Shown: positions 13,085 to 27,299, numbered from the stretch's first letter. The stretch is 64,000 bases of DNA from Octopus sinensis (GCF_006345805.1 NW_021835465.1:1-64000); one strand, 5' to 3'. Numbers and translations: made by a program. The notes: a model not told the origin generated them from the sequence alone.

Positions 13085-14270
13085 TCAGGTGTGCTCGCCG
13101 TTTGTGAAGCACGCATTCCCGCAACTCGTCTCCATGACCGAACTGCAGTCGTGGATCAAAAAGAGGCAGAGGAAGGGCGAATGGCACCGCGAGTGTCGCG
13201 TTGCTCTCAAGCAACTCTGCCGTCCCGGGTCGACCTTGAGTGACTTCAACACAACCAAAGCATTCTATAGGGGATTAGTGGAGGGGAGGTACGACGACGA
13301 TCTCGGGGCAAACCTGGGCGTCGACGAGGAATACCTGACTCGCCTGTTTCAAACGACTTTCGGCCCGACCTATGGACAACTTCCAGAGATCCCTGGCCTG
13401 GTGGTGCTACCGAGAAGCGCTACCAGTTCGGGATAAGCTCTATAGGCATGGCTCGAGAAACACGGGGCCGACCTGCCCGAGATGCGGTCAGAGCGACGAA
13501 AGCGCTCTGCACGCAATCGTGCAGTGTCCAGCAATTTCCGACCTGTGGGCTTATGTCAAACGACTGCTGTCACGTGTGGGACGTGTCGGTTTATCAGCCG
13601 AGTCTATCGTTAATATCGTCACGCCTCCTTCCTTCAAACGGGAAGGAAGAGCTATTTTTATCATACTTGTGGCTATGGCGAAAGAATGTATCTGGTGGAC
13701 GCGCCTGAAAGGATTAGAGACAAACACTTTCCTCTCTGGTCAATCTCTCATCAACTTCTTCAAGTATCACTTGAAGAGGAAAGTGAGAGTAGAAAGGCAA
13801 GTTTTGTCTAGTGAATGTTTAAAAAAAATGGGTGAATGTAGCAAGGATGGCACGTATGAATGACGAAGCCACCTTGACTATGATTCTATGAACCGTAAAA
13901 ATTAATACAGAGAGTTGCTTATTTGCAAAAAAAAAAAGAAATATAACATGTGACTTCATTGACCGAGGTTACCGTGGTCTTTTCCATAGGCTTTTCTTTC
14001 CACGGGTAAACCTCACCTGTCCTCCCCTTTACACTTCATATTGACATTTCTGTGATTACGATCCCTATTGATCAACTTTTTTTTTCCTCTCCCCTTTTCT
14101 TCCCCCCCTTTTTTTAAATCCTCCCCTTTTTTTGTCCTCTTTCTTTCCTTTTACGATCCCTTTTGATCGAAAACCAACCCCCTTTTTTTTACAGCCAAAA
14201 GAAAAGCTCTACCTTGTAATTTGTTCTGTCTGTGTGTAGCCTTGTGTGGCTAATAAAGAAACATATCTAT
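13085..14270 (+). mobile_element. 5'-truncated L1/Tx1-type LINE: ORF2 C-terminus with zinc knuckle, 3' UTR, (TCTA)n-rich tail to 14506
   Basis: ORFs 13089-13436 and 13372-13863 (frameshifted); CPRCGQSDESALHAIVQC knuckle; AATAAA before the microsatellite tail. Confidence 0.8.
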
Positions 14271-14327
14271 CTATCTGTCTGTGTGTCTGTATGTCTGTGT
14301 GTCTGTATGTCTGTCTATCTGTCTGTG

Positions 14328-14393
<66 letters not shown>

Positions 14394-14453
14394 ACTATCT
14401 ATCTGTGTGTGTGTGTGTGTGTGTGTGTCTGTCTGTCTGTGTGTCTGTCTGTG

Positions 14454-14507
<54 letters not shown>

Positions 14508-15252
14508 CCGGCTCATTTTCCGAATAGAATGCCAACCAACCAACCAACCACCTAATCACCTGACTAGCCGAGCTAGCTGCCCAGCCGGCCAGCGGCCAGT
14601 CGGCTAGCCGACCAGCCGTCGAGCCAGCCAGCTATCTACTTTACGTTGCACGTCATTCAGCACCTGCACAGACCTTCCCAGAACATATTATCACACACAA
14701 TCGTAGCGAGACGACCACTTCCGCCTGTTACGCTGGTCGTTTCCGCTGGATTGCTTTAGTCAAAACTCCACCCATTGTAACATTGTACCCTCCACTCCAG
14801 TACCATCACCACTTTATACACACACAAGCACCTACACATGCCATACACACCCAGAGACACATAGACACACGCACACACACACACACAAACACACATGTGT
14901 AGACGTGCAGACACGCATTCAGACTGGTAACCAGAGAGACAGACAGCCAGCTAGACAGGTATACACACACACACACACAGACGCACGCAAACACAAACAC
15001 ATAGACGCACACAAACACATACACAGCATGCATGCATATTAGGCACATATACACGCACAAACGCTCCACCCTGTTTCCTCACGCCACTTACAGACACAAC
15101 ACACGTGTGTATATAATGCATGCACAAACTCCGATTACACATACCATTCAAATAAGCATTTACACATACTGTGACACACACACACACTCACATACACAAA
15201 AATTACCCTGACCCCTTATACTACTCACAGACACGCGTAAACATAAAAATTT

Positions 15253-15644
15253 GAAGAAGAAGCACTCCGTCGGTTACGACGATGAGGGCTCCGGTTGATC
15301 CGATTAACGGAACAGCCTGCTCGTGAAATTAACGTGTAAATGGCTGGCTGAGTACTCCACAGACACGTGTACCCTTAACGTAGTTCTCGGGGATATTCAG
15401 CGTGACACAGAGAGTGACAAGGCCGGCCCTTTGAAATACAGGTACAACAGAAACAGGAAGTAAGAGTGAGAGAAAGTTGTGGTGAAAGAGTACAGCAGGG
15501 ATCACCACCATCCCCTGCCGGAGCCTCGTGGAGCTTTAGGTGGTTTCGCTCAATAAACACTCACAACGCCCGGTCTGGGAATCGAAACCGCGATCCTACG
15601 ACCGCGAGTCCGCTGCCCTAAACCACTGGGCCATTGCGCCTCCA
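15253..15644 (-). mobile_element. SINE family C, full length, with 11-bp TSD
   Basis: CATAAAAATTT at 15242-15252 and 15645-15655; tRNA-like head; (TTC)n tail. Confidence 0.92.
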
Positions 15645-16647
15645 CCATAAAAATTTATATATATACATATGCATATAGACACATATATACTGCCCCGCTT
15701 ATTTAGAACTTCTCACAAATATCCATTTGTTCAGATATACATAGGCTAACCTCAGTTTCATACAGTATCTCCAGGTATGGTTATCTAGAGAGTTCTATGA
15801 TGACCATCTTCTTTAATCGTGGGCCCTTTGATGATTGTAGTTCGTAAAGAACTGCAGCAACGGAATATGCAACCGCGCGGACGACCGAAGAAACAAGACT
15901 GCTACCGGCCATGCTATACCTACCGTGTGTCTTCACGGACGAAAAAAATACGGAAGTGGTGATATTTCATTGCTGTAGACAGTCACGATAAACCCGACTA
16001 CCGCAGCGATAACGACCAGTACCTGAGATCCAGGATATATGGTCCACACTGCAGAAGATAATCTACACAATAATTCATTATAGTAGTTTTAGGAGTTCGC
16101 ATTTCCCGTTATCTTCATTATCTTCATCGTGAAATAGATAGATCAAGTGGTATGGGTAACTCTAGACGAGTGGTACTCCTTCTCAGCTGCAGTCTGTTTG
16201 AAACTACTTGAAGATCATCGTCACAGCTATTTTCTGTCTCATTGTGTACTCTCTAGAATTTGTCTTACTAAACGCAACTGCAAGATAGAGAGATAGAGAG
16301 GTTGCCTTCGTCACAAAAAGAAACCCTATCCAGCCTTCTCCTAGACAAATGTCCCAACAAGATCTAGGGGTCAATCACTCACAAAGTGGCCTTACAATAC
16401 GCTCGTGCACCATCTCGGGTACTGCTATGTCCTCAGACACTAATGCTAGATATCTGTTGGCCATATTCTGGTTTCAGCCGTCCTTTTGACAGGTCATGTT
16501 TTTTTCTGTATTGCTCAATTTTCAAGCAATTGACCCCCACCCACTAATTTGGTCTAGTGAAGGGTTTCAGTTTTGCCACCACTGACCTGACCATGAAAAA
16601 GGTTTAACTGGACATATGCTGCCAGTGGCCTGACATACACAGCCACA

Positions 16648-16737
<90 letters not shown>

Positions 16738-17200
16738 AAGAGAGCACGTGTGTCTCAAGAGGTTTAACGAAATCGCACACGCACTAGAAAAAAGCTTCTT
16801 TCCAAAAAAGATTAGTAACATCCTCATAAAAAATTTCATAACATTAAAAAGAAAAGTTTTTAAAATCACCTCTACACTTCCAAAACTGTATTAAGTGATC
16901 CTCATAGACTTTCAAATATATATACATATATATGATTACATCCATGTAGGCTACTTATGGTTCCGTAGATCACTAATAAGACATGTATGCACTCAGACAG
17001 AGGCTAAGCCTGCTATTTCAGATTCTTCACTGATATATAGATGTTAGCACACGGACGTAGATATATACACATACGCAAAATGACCCTCATATCTGTAGAC
17101 TTCGTAAGGACACACATACACACATAAACACTACATAAACGATGACCACTCACACACACATTCGCAAAGACACAAACATCCACTCACACAGGCTATCCTA

Positions 17201-17238
<38 letters not shown>

Positions 17239-17349
17239 CTCTCTCTCTCTCTCTCTTCACTCTCTCTCTCTCTCTCTCTCTCGTCACACACTTTCTCTCT
17301 CCACTCTCTCTCTCTCTCTTCACTCTCTCTCCCCCTTCACTTACTCTCA

Positions 17350-17383
<34 letters not shown>

Positions 17384-17424
17384 CACTCTCTCTCTCTCTC
17401 CACTCTCTCTCCCTTCACTCTCTC

Positions 17425-17455
<31 letters not shown>

Positions 17456-17570
17456 TATCTCTTCACCCTCTCTCTTCACACACACTCTCCCTCTCCACAC
17501 TTTCTCTCTCCACTCTCTCTCCCTTCACTCTCTCTCTCCCTCCACTCTCACTCACTCTCTCTCTCTCACA
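17201..17570. repeat. Long interrupted (CT)n polypyrimidine/polypurine tract
   Basis: Read directly from the sequence. Confidence 0.95.
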
Positions 17571-18026
17571 GACATGCATACCCTAACCGGTTTACCTAGA
17601 TCGCACTTTCACCCATCGGTGTGTACACGGATTTTGGCCAGCACTCGTTAGATCGACCACTCACTCACATACTCATGCTAATATCAAACTAGTGCCCGAT
17701 CACCTTGACCACTAACACAAGCTCATATACGTACACAGTCACATGCATACACACATGCACACAATAAAAAAAGTTATAAAGGCTACCACCCGTTTTCCTA
17801 CCCGTATTTGTAAGCTCCATCCTCCCTTCTCGTCTCTCCATCTGTTTGTGCAGTGAAGCAGAAAGATAGACAATCTCTAGTCTTCAGCTGCAGGATACAT
17901 TTTGTTTGGTTTATACACACTCTCACACACATACACACACATACACACACACACAGACATTACATAAATACATATATATATATACATAGTTCATAACATT
18001 CATACATACATACATACATACATACA

Positions 18027-18062
<36 letters not shown>

Positions 18063-18613
18063 TATATGGGTGTGTATGTGTGTGTATGTGTGTGTGTGTA
18101 TGTGTGTGTGTGTATGTGTATGTGTGTGTGTTTATATCTTATATATATAAATATATATGTACGTATATATACACACACACACACACACATATATACAGTA
18201 GTACTAAAGGCGTATTGTGGTGTAGTGGTGGTGGGCGATATAGCTGTGGGGTTAGTCGTAGTCTAGTGGTAGTGTGGTGATGATGGTTGCTGTGTAGTGG
18301 AGGTAATAGTGCAGTGGTTATGTACTAGATTTGGAGTTACTGCAGTGATAGTGTTGGTGATATAACAGTGGAAGGGTTAGTAGGTGTAGTAGTCGTGAGG
18401 ATGGTTCGAGGATCTTGTTCGGGAACTGATAACTTAAAATATAATGGCTATTAGCATGATGGCAGAAAGGCGATTTTCACAGTTCTATAACGATCATATC
18501 ATATTCTCTACATTCTCTCTCTCTCTTTTCTCTCTGCCTCTGCCTGTCTGCCTGTCTGCCTGTCTGCCTGTCTGCCTGCCAGTCTGTCTGTCTGTCTCTG
18601 TCTCTATGTCTCT

Positions 18614-18656
<43 letters not shown>

Positions 18657-18802
18657 CTTCATTGTCTCTCTCTGACAAAAGGTGTTAGTCCGAAACGTCG
18701 GATTTGTGTTTCCTTACGTAAATCAAACTATATTTCTCTTTGTTCTATAAGATTTTATTGATTACATTTTACCAACACAGACAACAACAGTATATATATA
18801 TA

Positions 18803-19221
18803 TACTCTTTTACTCTTTTTACTCTTTTACTTGTTTCAGTCATTTGACTGCGGCCATGCTGGAGCACCGCCTTTAATCGAGTAAATCGACCCCAGGACTT
18901 ATTCTTTTGTAAGCCCAGTACTTATTCTATCGGTCTCTTTTGCCGAACCGCTAAGTGACGGGGACATAAACACACCACCATTGGTTGTCAAGCAATGCTA
19001 GGGGGACAAACACAGACACACAAACACACACACATACATATATATATATACATATATACGACGGGCTTCTTTCAGTTTCCGTCTACCAAATCCACTCACA
19101 AGGCTTTGGTCGGCCCGAAGCTATAGTAGAAGACACTTGCCCAAGATGCCACGCAGTGGGACTGAACCCGGAACCATGTGGTTGGTAGACAAGCTACTTA
19201 CCACACAGCCACTCCTGCGCC
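18803..19221 (-). mobile_element. SINE family B, full length
   Basis: Near-identical to 28382-28789, 41835-42258 and 46972-47383. Confidence 0.93.
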
Positions 19222-19344
19222 TATATATATATATATATATATATGCATACATGGGTACAGGACGTCACCAACAGTAAACAACATGAAATACGCAAACAAC
19301 GAGAGATACAAAAGGAAAACTGGACAAGTAACATAAAGAACATA

Positions 19345-19812
19345 AACCTAGTAAAGTACCAGAAAGTGAGAAGTACAAGATGCTGTGTGACTTTAAAATC
19401 CAGTCTGACTGAGTAACAGCATCTGGAAGGTCTTAGTTAGTATTAGTAGATAAAGAGAATAGAAAGTGACAGATAATTGAGTTTACAGTCCAAAAGGATG
19501 AAAAAATCAATATGAGAGGTATAGGAAAAATAGAAAAGTATCAGGAGCTGGCCATTGAATTACAGAGAGTATAGACAGTGCGGGTAGAATGTAATCCAGT
19601 AGTTATAGGTCCTTTGGGAAGTATCCCTAAAGATCTGAACAGAAGGATAGAGAAAACAGGCATGAAACCTATTTTAGTGTAGCTCCAGAAAACAGTGTTA
19701 TCAGGGACAGCCAGGAAGCTTAGGAGGGTTCTTGGCATCTAAGGTTACTTGTTGTAGTCCGATGTTAGGAATTTTTCTTTCCCAACGGTCTAATCTATTG
19801 TTTGCATATGAG
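19345..19812 (+). mobile_element. RLE-type (R4/Dong-like) LINE 3' relic
   Basis: Degenerate ..IEKYQELAIELQRV..PVVIGPLGSIP..LQKTVLSGTARKLRRVL restriction-like endonuclease region; ends in (AAT)n. Confidence 0.8.
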
Positions 19813-19821
19813 GAATAATAA

Positions 19822-20028
19822 TGGTTTCAAATTTTGGCGCAAGGCCAGCGGGTTTGGGAAGTCGATTAAATCGACCCCAGTGTTCAACTGGCGCTTATTT
19901 TATCGACCCTGAAAGGATGATAGGCAAAGTCGACCTTGGTGGAATTTGAACTCAGAACGTGAAAGCGGACGAAATGCCGGTGAGCATTTTGCCCAGCGTG
20001 CTAACCTATTCTGCCAGCCCTCCGCCTT
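19822..20028 (-). mobile_element. SINE family A with a third tail variant (..GGCCTTGCGCCAAAATTTGAAACCATT)
   Basis: Family A head and body; tail also seen at about 51985-52010. Confidence 0.85.
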
Positions 20029-20071
20029 AATAATAATAATAATTACAATGATGATGATGATGATGATGATG

Positions 20072-20104
<33 letters not shown>

Positions 20105-20137
20105 TAATAATAATAATAATAATAATAATATAATAAT

Positions 20138-20683
20138 GCCCTGATGCAGTACCAGGCTGTGGCTCTCATGGCTTCTGATCTTAACTGATTGGAAGTGTTA
20201 TCATGTACATTGTTTTGTCTGGTATAAAAGATGGGCTACAGCAAATATCTGCTCAATACCACAGATTTGCTTGTCAGTTGTTTGACATAACCAGTTGAGC
20301 ATGTCCCTTAGTGGCTGACGATATGTGCATCTCTGATCACGAGCAGAAGTAGTGGGGGAGCATCATAGCCATGTGTTGAGAGGTTCTTTGGGGTTTGAAT
20401 AGTTCACCTCTGGAAACATGGGTGGTTTTTTCAACATCCTTAAACAACCCTTATTCAGGGACCGTTTGAGCGGGATGGCTACTCAACCTGAAGAAAATTC
20501 TAACTGGGCCCCACCTGCAAGGTCATGTGCTGTTTATCTTGATATGAGATCACCATGTCGCGCAATATGGTTGTGTGCATGTGCCTAGTGTACCTTTATC
20601 AGACGGGTAGTCATGATGGGTATATTGGGCTTCGTATATTTTACCCCAGTGTCACTTTGATGGCATGAACTGCTCTCTCACTC
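20138..20683. mobile_element. Unclassified 546-bp element bounded by (AAT)n on both sides
   Basis: Sharp boundaries against AAT arrays and no long ORF; single copy in this window, so repeat status is inferred. Confidence 0.5.
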
Positions 20684-20713
20684 AATGATAATAATAATAA
20701 TAATAGTAATAAT

Positions 20714-21544
20714 AAAACAAATGAAATCCAAACTAAAACTAGAACAGCAACGGACCATGATAAAACGATGGCAAGAAAAGCCCCTTCATGGCAAATAGTG
20801 GACTGAACTAAATGCAGAAGAAATAGACAAAGAAAAATCCCAGCAATGGTTGAGAAGCTCAGGACTCAAAGCAGAGACAGGAAAAGAAATATAACAAGTA
20901 ACTGCAGAATATGTGATGGACAAGAAACAATAAATCATATTGTCGTGGCTAAGAAGGAATATATTCACAGACACGACAGAGTTGGGACCTTCATACACTG
21001 GAAGCTATGCCAACATTATGGAATAACAACAGAAGGAAGATGGTATTGGCACACCCCAGAAAAGGTCACAAAAAACGAGAAAGCAACCATACTCTGGGAT
21101 ATACCAATACACACAGATAGAGAAATTAAGGCCAACAGACCAGATATAGTTGTCAGAGATCATGAAGAAAAAAATGATTTCTAATTGATGAATCAATACC
21201 AGCAGATGACAACGTGTCTCTAAAAGAAATGGAGAAACTTTCAAAATACAAAGACCTGGAAATAGAGGTAACTCGAATGTGGAATCTAAAAACAGAAACA
21301 ATTCCTATCATAGTAGGTGCATTAGGCATGATAAAAAATATTCAGACAAATACATAATAAAAACACCAGGACTTACAAACACATATAACATACAGAAAAT
21401 TGCACTACTGGGCACTGCCCACATCCTACGCAGAACACTTTCCATACAGTGAATATAAGAGCATCACAACAAAGCACAGCACATACACAAGGCACACAGA
21501 GCTGCGCTCGGTAGTGAAGTGAAAGCACGATAAAAAAACTACTG
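20714..21544 (+). mobile_element. RLE-type (R4/Dong-like) LINE, 5'-truncated
   Basis: CRICDGQETINHIV knuckle, KANRPDIVV and KYKDLEIEVTRMW..IPIIVGALG motifs; (AAT)n on both flanks. Confidence 0.88.
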
Positions 21545-21563
21545 AATAATAATAATAATAATG

Positions 21564-21597
<34 letters not shown>

Positions 21598-21599
21598 TA

Positions 21600-21646
<47 letters not shown>

Positions 21647-21666
21647 TAATAATGATAATAATAATA

Positions 21667-21866
21667 ATCCTTTCTACTATAAGCACAATGCCTGGATTTT
21701 TGTGGGGAGGGGACAGTCGATCACATTGACACTTGTACTTAACTGGCACTTAATTTATCGACCCCTAAAGTATGAAAATCTAAGTCGATCTCGACAGAAT
21801 TTGAACTCAGAACGTAGAGACAGACGAAATACTTACCGCTTAGCATTTTGCTCGGCGAACTAACGA
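21667..21866 (-). mobile_element. SINE family A, tail-2
   Basis: Matches family body; tail adjoins the (AAT)n array. Confidence 0.85.
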
Positions 21867-21999
21867 TAATAATAATAATTTCATTTACTAAAATATATCA
21901 GTTACGTTTACATTTGTAGATGACTAAGCTGGGATTGAAAGCAAATACGTGTATTTTGCATCCTGAAATGAAGTCGATGTCAAAACACAGAGCACTCAC

Positions 22000-22280
22000 C
22001 GCAAAGGAAACTCAGTTCTTGAAAGAAACAATTTTAAGTTCAATCCCCACCGGTGTCACCGTTGAGTTTCCAATCATCCGAAGATGATAATCTAAATCTT
22101 AGTGCTTGATCCACCTGTGCATTTACTATGTTGTATATAATGATGAGGGTGATGCTGTTCTGCTGCTGCTGCTGCTGCTGTTGCTGATGGTGGTGATGGT
22201 TGTCGGCATCGTCATGATGATGATGATGATGATTTTTGAATGTTGAAACGAGACACTCAAGCAAGATTTTTGCCGCCCAC
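22000..22280 (-). other. Candidate spliced exon (281 nt) of an unidentified transcript
   Basis: Long pyrimidine tract plus TTTTAAG acceptor (AG at 22282-22281) and GCG|GTGAGT donor (21999-21994); no homology recognised. Confidence 0.3.
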
Positions 22281-22569
22281 CTTAAAACAAGAAAGAAAAA
22301 GAAAGAAAAAAAATGCAACACTCCTCCACTCACAGCAAAAAAATGTAAGGAAATAAAACAGAAAAGACAAAAATGGAAACCAAAAGAAAAAAGAAATGAA
22401 AAAGTTCCTCCACCATCTTCCCTGCGAACTATCTCTCACCCGCCCACCCACCCACCCACTCATCCATGGCCATCACCTGTATTTTTATAGTAATAGGAGG
22501 AAATGTTTTGATTTACATGCATACGTGCATACATACATACATACATATATATATATACAAATAATACAA

Positions 22570-22611
<42 letters not shown>

Positions 22612-22774
22612 AAACATCACAACACAACACACACACACACACAACACACACATATATATATACATATATGTATATATAATGCATATTCATACACAAGCAT
22701 ACTATAATACATATACATGCATTATATTCACACACGCAGTCACATGTATGTAAGTATGCTTATGCATATATGTA

Positions 22775-22822
<48 letters not shown>

Positions 22823-22925
22823 GTATATACATAATATATCTATATAGATATTTATATAATACTATATATATATATATATTTATCTATATATATATATACA
22901 TATATGCATACATATACATACATAC

Positions 22926-22973
<48 letters not shown>

Positions 22974-22997
22974 ATTGCATATATATGTATATATATA

Positions 22998-23034
<37 letters not shown>

Positions 23035-23671
23035 TGTATGTATGTATGTATGTATGTATGTATGTATGTATGTATGTCGTGTGTATGTGTGCATATGTGT
23101 GTCGTTGTGAATTGCCTGCTCAGTGAACAAGTGAAGGTGCGAGTATTATGAAGAGTTGTATTATGGGTCGGATGAAAGATGAAAGGAGAGCGAAAGGAGG
23201 TCGAAAAGAGTGACGAAGCTGAAACCGCATCAGTTGCAGTGAGCTGTTAGATTACAAAGGAAGGGCTCATGAACGGCCCGGCTACTTGACAAAGGCTGCG
23301 TGGCCCTTACAATGAGTCGTCATTATATCTGCGTTGCATTTACCACAGTTTCATTAAGAAGTGTCGCATTCACACTAAAGGAAGTTATACGCATAAATAT
23401 CCATATACATATTTTCACACACACAATGCACACACGCACGCACACGCGCGCACGAGCACACACATGTATACGCATATACTTTCGTATAGTACATACATAT
23501 GCTCGCACATAGATGCATACATAAATACTTATACTCATTTATATAGTCGCACCTACATATGTATATATGTGTGTATGTATATATACACATATATACACAC
23601 ATATATAAATACATATAAATACACACATATATGTGTATATATATTTGTATGTATGTGTGTGTATGAATGTA

Positions 23672-23704
<33 letters not shown>

Positions 23705-23824
23705 ATATATATATAGTTGTATATTCATATATATGCGTATATATATATATATCTATATATATATATATAATATATATATATATATAAATAAATAAATATA
23801 TATATCTATATATATAATAAATAA

Positions 23825-23868
<44 letters not shown>

Positions 23869-23919
23869 CACATATACATACACACACACATATATGATAT
23901 TTAAAAGGAGAATTCAGGT

Positions 23920-25100
23920 AGGTTCAACAATTTAATAATACATTCCTCTCTTCATCACCGAAATTGTTCTTCAACATTTTGAAAGGAAATTTCCCAAAAT
24001 ATCATAAATACTATCCTATCTTCAACAAGTCGACTGTGAAACTCTCGTATTCAACTACACCAAATTAAGGATTGATTATAGCTTCAATTGATAGATCCAA
24101 ACTTAGACTTGTATTGGTCCCCATAATTCAAAAGCCCATACTAGTTCTAATAAAAATGATACGCCAGGCCACTCCTACCAGTTGAAGGTGTTCTGGTCTC
24201 AGTTAAACGGAAGATTAATGCTGAAACAAGACAAATATGTAATTGACGCATCCAGGAAACATGCCCACTTGCTGGATTCTGTCTGCGCAGAAATGTAGTT
24301 TATAAGTGCTGTGTAGAGATACCTGCTACATATAGGGTAAGAATTTACATAGGAAATACTATTGATTTTAAGCGTCGCTATAGGGCTCATTTGTATTCTT
24401 TTACTAATTTAAAATATAAATTCACAACAACGCTAGCCACCTATACACACGACCTTAAGCTAAAGAATATACAATATTCATTATCTTGGTCTTTAAGAGC
24501 AGAAGCCCTGCCATATGGTACAATTACGCGTGTATGTAAATTATGTATTAAAGAATCTATAAACATTCTCCGTCAATATAACTACATTATTGAATAAGTT
24601 CTCTGACGCTATGTACTATTGTAACCATAGATACCATTCAACATTCAAGACTTGTGTTTTTGAATAACCATCAGTGTCATCTTATCCTTGACCTTTGAAA
24701 TTCGTAATTATTCAAATCACAAATCTAATGAAGCTAAATTATATTCAAAGCTATTCTACCCATCCTAGGCATAGTGATAACAACCTTAACTTCATCATCA
24801 CCCGTAAACTTTCCAAATATTCGACTAAGGAATTGATTTTCCGAAACGCATCACAAATATGGCTTTAAGAAAAAATCTATTACATAAGAACGCCAACCTC
24901 CTCATTTAAAAAACGCTGGAAAAGAAACATAAACTGGCACTCACTTTCATTGAACTTTACAGTAACTACACCTTTGTCTCAAATATTTTAAAAACCCTCT
25001 CAGAAGCATTATCTCTTAAACTGTAAATACCACCAGATCATTGATAAAAATACTATCAGACTTTCATATTTCACTTCCCTAAGTTGTTATTTAAATTTAG
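23920..25100 (+). mobile_element. Penelope-like element ORF relics (at least two fragments)
   Basis: FFNILKGNFPKYHKYYPIFNKSTVKLSYSTTPN; TTLATYTHDLK..YSLSWS..ALPY..CKLCIKE (GIY-YIG C-terminal region); second linker fragment KRNINW..IDKNTIRLSY near 24920-25080. Confidence 0.75.
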
Positions 25101-25895
25101 GGAACACAGTAAAACTATAAACCAACGTACCGCCAATACAAAGTAATTGACCTCATTCAACGACTCCTTTCAAGAATATAAAAATATAAGAATCTAACGG
25201 AATGGATAAGGTGTTCTAAATTTGTACAAGCTATTTGTAACAACAGCAAAGCTATTTAAATCGAGGTTGTATTCTCACTCTTATAATTTCAAGAGCCATA
25301 ACCGAAGCAAACATCTTTGACTTCATATATTTGATCGTTAAGGATAATTCAATCCCTTATCATCTTAAATGGAGTATAATTTGAAGAGTTAAAGCTCATG
25401 AAGGAAATTATAAGCCATGTAATCATTGCATCACGGAGAATTACCAAATACTTTTTGCATAATCCGGCTGTCGTTCAGAAAAGATTTCGGATTGCAATCA
25501 TATAAAAAAAGTCGTATAAATTTACAAGCTGACCACTTTCCCACATCATTAACGCTAGTTTATACCAATGTATTTGTGTGTTTACGCATAATTGTGTCAT
25601 TCCATTTATGCAATATTTCACGTTCTGAAATCATCTGCTATCTTGTAGCTGTCATCTTCATAATTATCAAACGGTCGTCAATCTATCAATGCTAACTCGG
25701 AGATGATGTATATGACTGTTAGTGTTGTTTTGACTTTGATTTAAACACTATTTTCTCTGCTTTCATCTACATTTCATTTATGCTTGATTAAACAAAAAAG
25801 GACACTGGAATATTTAAGAAACACCTTGATCATCTCGTAAATGTCGCTTTTATTAAGTAGAACAAAGAAGCCTTTTGCTCCTAGTACGTTGTATA

Positions 25896-26120
25896 GGCGA
25901 GCTGGCAGAAACGTTAGCACGCCGGGTGAAATGCGTAGCCGTATTTCGTCTGCCGTTACGTTCTGAGTTCAAATTCCGCCGAGGTCGACTTTACCTTTCA
26001 TCCTTTCGGGGGTCGATAAATTAAGTACCAGTTATGCACTGGGGTCGATGTAATCGACTTAATCCCTTTGCTTGTCCTTGTTTGTCCTCTCTGTGTGTAG
26101 CCCCTTGTGGGTAGTAAAGA
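25896..26120 (+). mobile_element. SINE family A, tail-1
   Basis: Matches family consensus. Confidence 0.92.
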
Positions 26121-26746
26121 TATATATATTGAGTACTTTTATTTTGGCACTGGCTATTTCTCTTATTACAAACAGATTTTCGTCGGTACACGCATGCGCG
26201 GGCTCACATACACTCACACACACACACACGCACGCGCGAACACACAAGTCCTTTCCCCAGAACTCTCTGTTGAATTCAGTGTCACTTTATCGCACCTTCA
26301 TTTTCTGTTTTACCCCGTTTCCACCCTTATCTGCCATAGTACCTATCACCCCACCCTATGCATTCACATTCACTCACTCACACAGAAATGCACACAACTA
26401 AACACAAACACACACACACACACACACATGCCCTACCGACCCCGATCTTGCCTCGTTTGCTCTCCGATATTCAATTTATCTTCGCCACCTCCCTTCCGCT
26501 TCAATCCCTAGAGCCTCACAACCACCCAGTTACCCACTCTCCCCACCGCCGCATTCTGTAGCGCTCTTTCACCAACGTACCCAACTGACAGTCTGACGAA
26601 GCCATCAATCACCTTATCATACCTGGCCACGTTCACAGCTAACTGCTCCACCCGTATCTCGTGTCAAAGACAGATTTTTCTCGGGTACATGACTGGCTAT
26701 CGGCACGTATTCACGCACACACACTCTCACTCTTTTGCATACACAC

Positions 26747-26794
<48 letters not shown>

Positions 26795-27072
26795 ACACAG
26801 ACACACACACACACACGCACACACACACACACGCACACACACACACACGCACACACACACACAACACACACATACTCTATTACACATTAAAAGTGCTAAC
26901 ACATTTGTACATACACTCATTGCAGATTCTCGGACACACAAATATAAATACATATCTTTCTTCTCTCATATACATAGATACATATAATTACACACACACA
27001 CACACATATACATGTTCACAACTAAACATAAATATGTATGTGTATTTATATATATACGTAAGTATATATATA

Positions 27073-27105
<33 letters not shown>

Positions 27106-27299
27106 CTTACGTATATATATAAATACGTATATAATATATATACGTAAGTATATATATATATATATATATATATATGAATATGTATTTACGTATATATGTG
27201 TCTGTATGGGTATATATGCATGTACATTCGTATATACATACATATATACATACATATATATATGTATTATATATATATATATATGTGTGTGTGTATAAT

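Noticed and set aside
15700-16560. Complex sequence that might be exonic or a decayed retroelement
   Set aside because: No sustained reading frame, motif or second copy that I could identify
20149-20225. HDV-like ribozyme (GTACCAG/CTGGTAT with a G-U first pair)
   Set aside because: No P1.1 GG after the P1 3' strand and no recognisable L3 or J4/2 consensus
25430-25720. Possible Tc1 transposase relic on the minus strand
   Set aside because: Only a faint DDRLIIMK..SEREI resemblance with several stops; too weak to list
26593-26620. Hammerhead at CTGACGAAGCC
   Set aside because: Only the 5' core half is present
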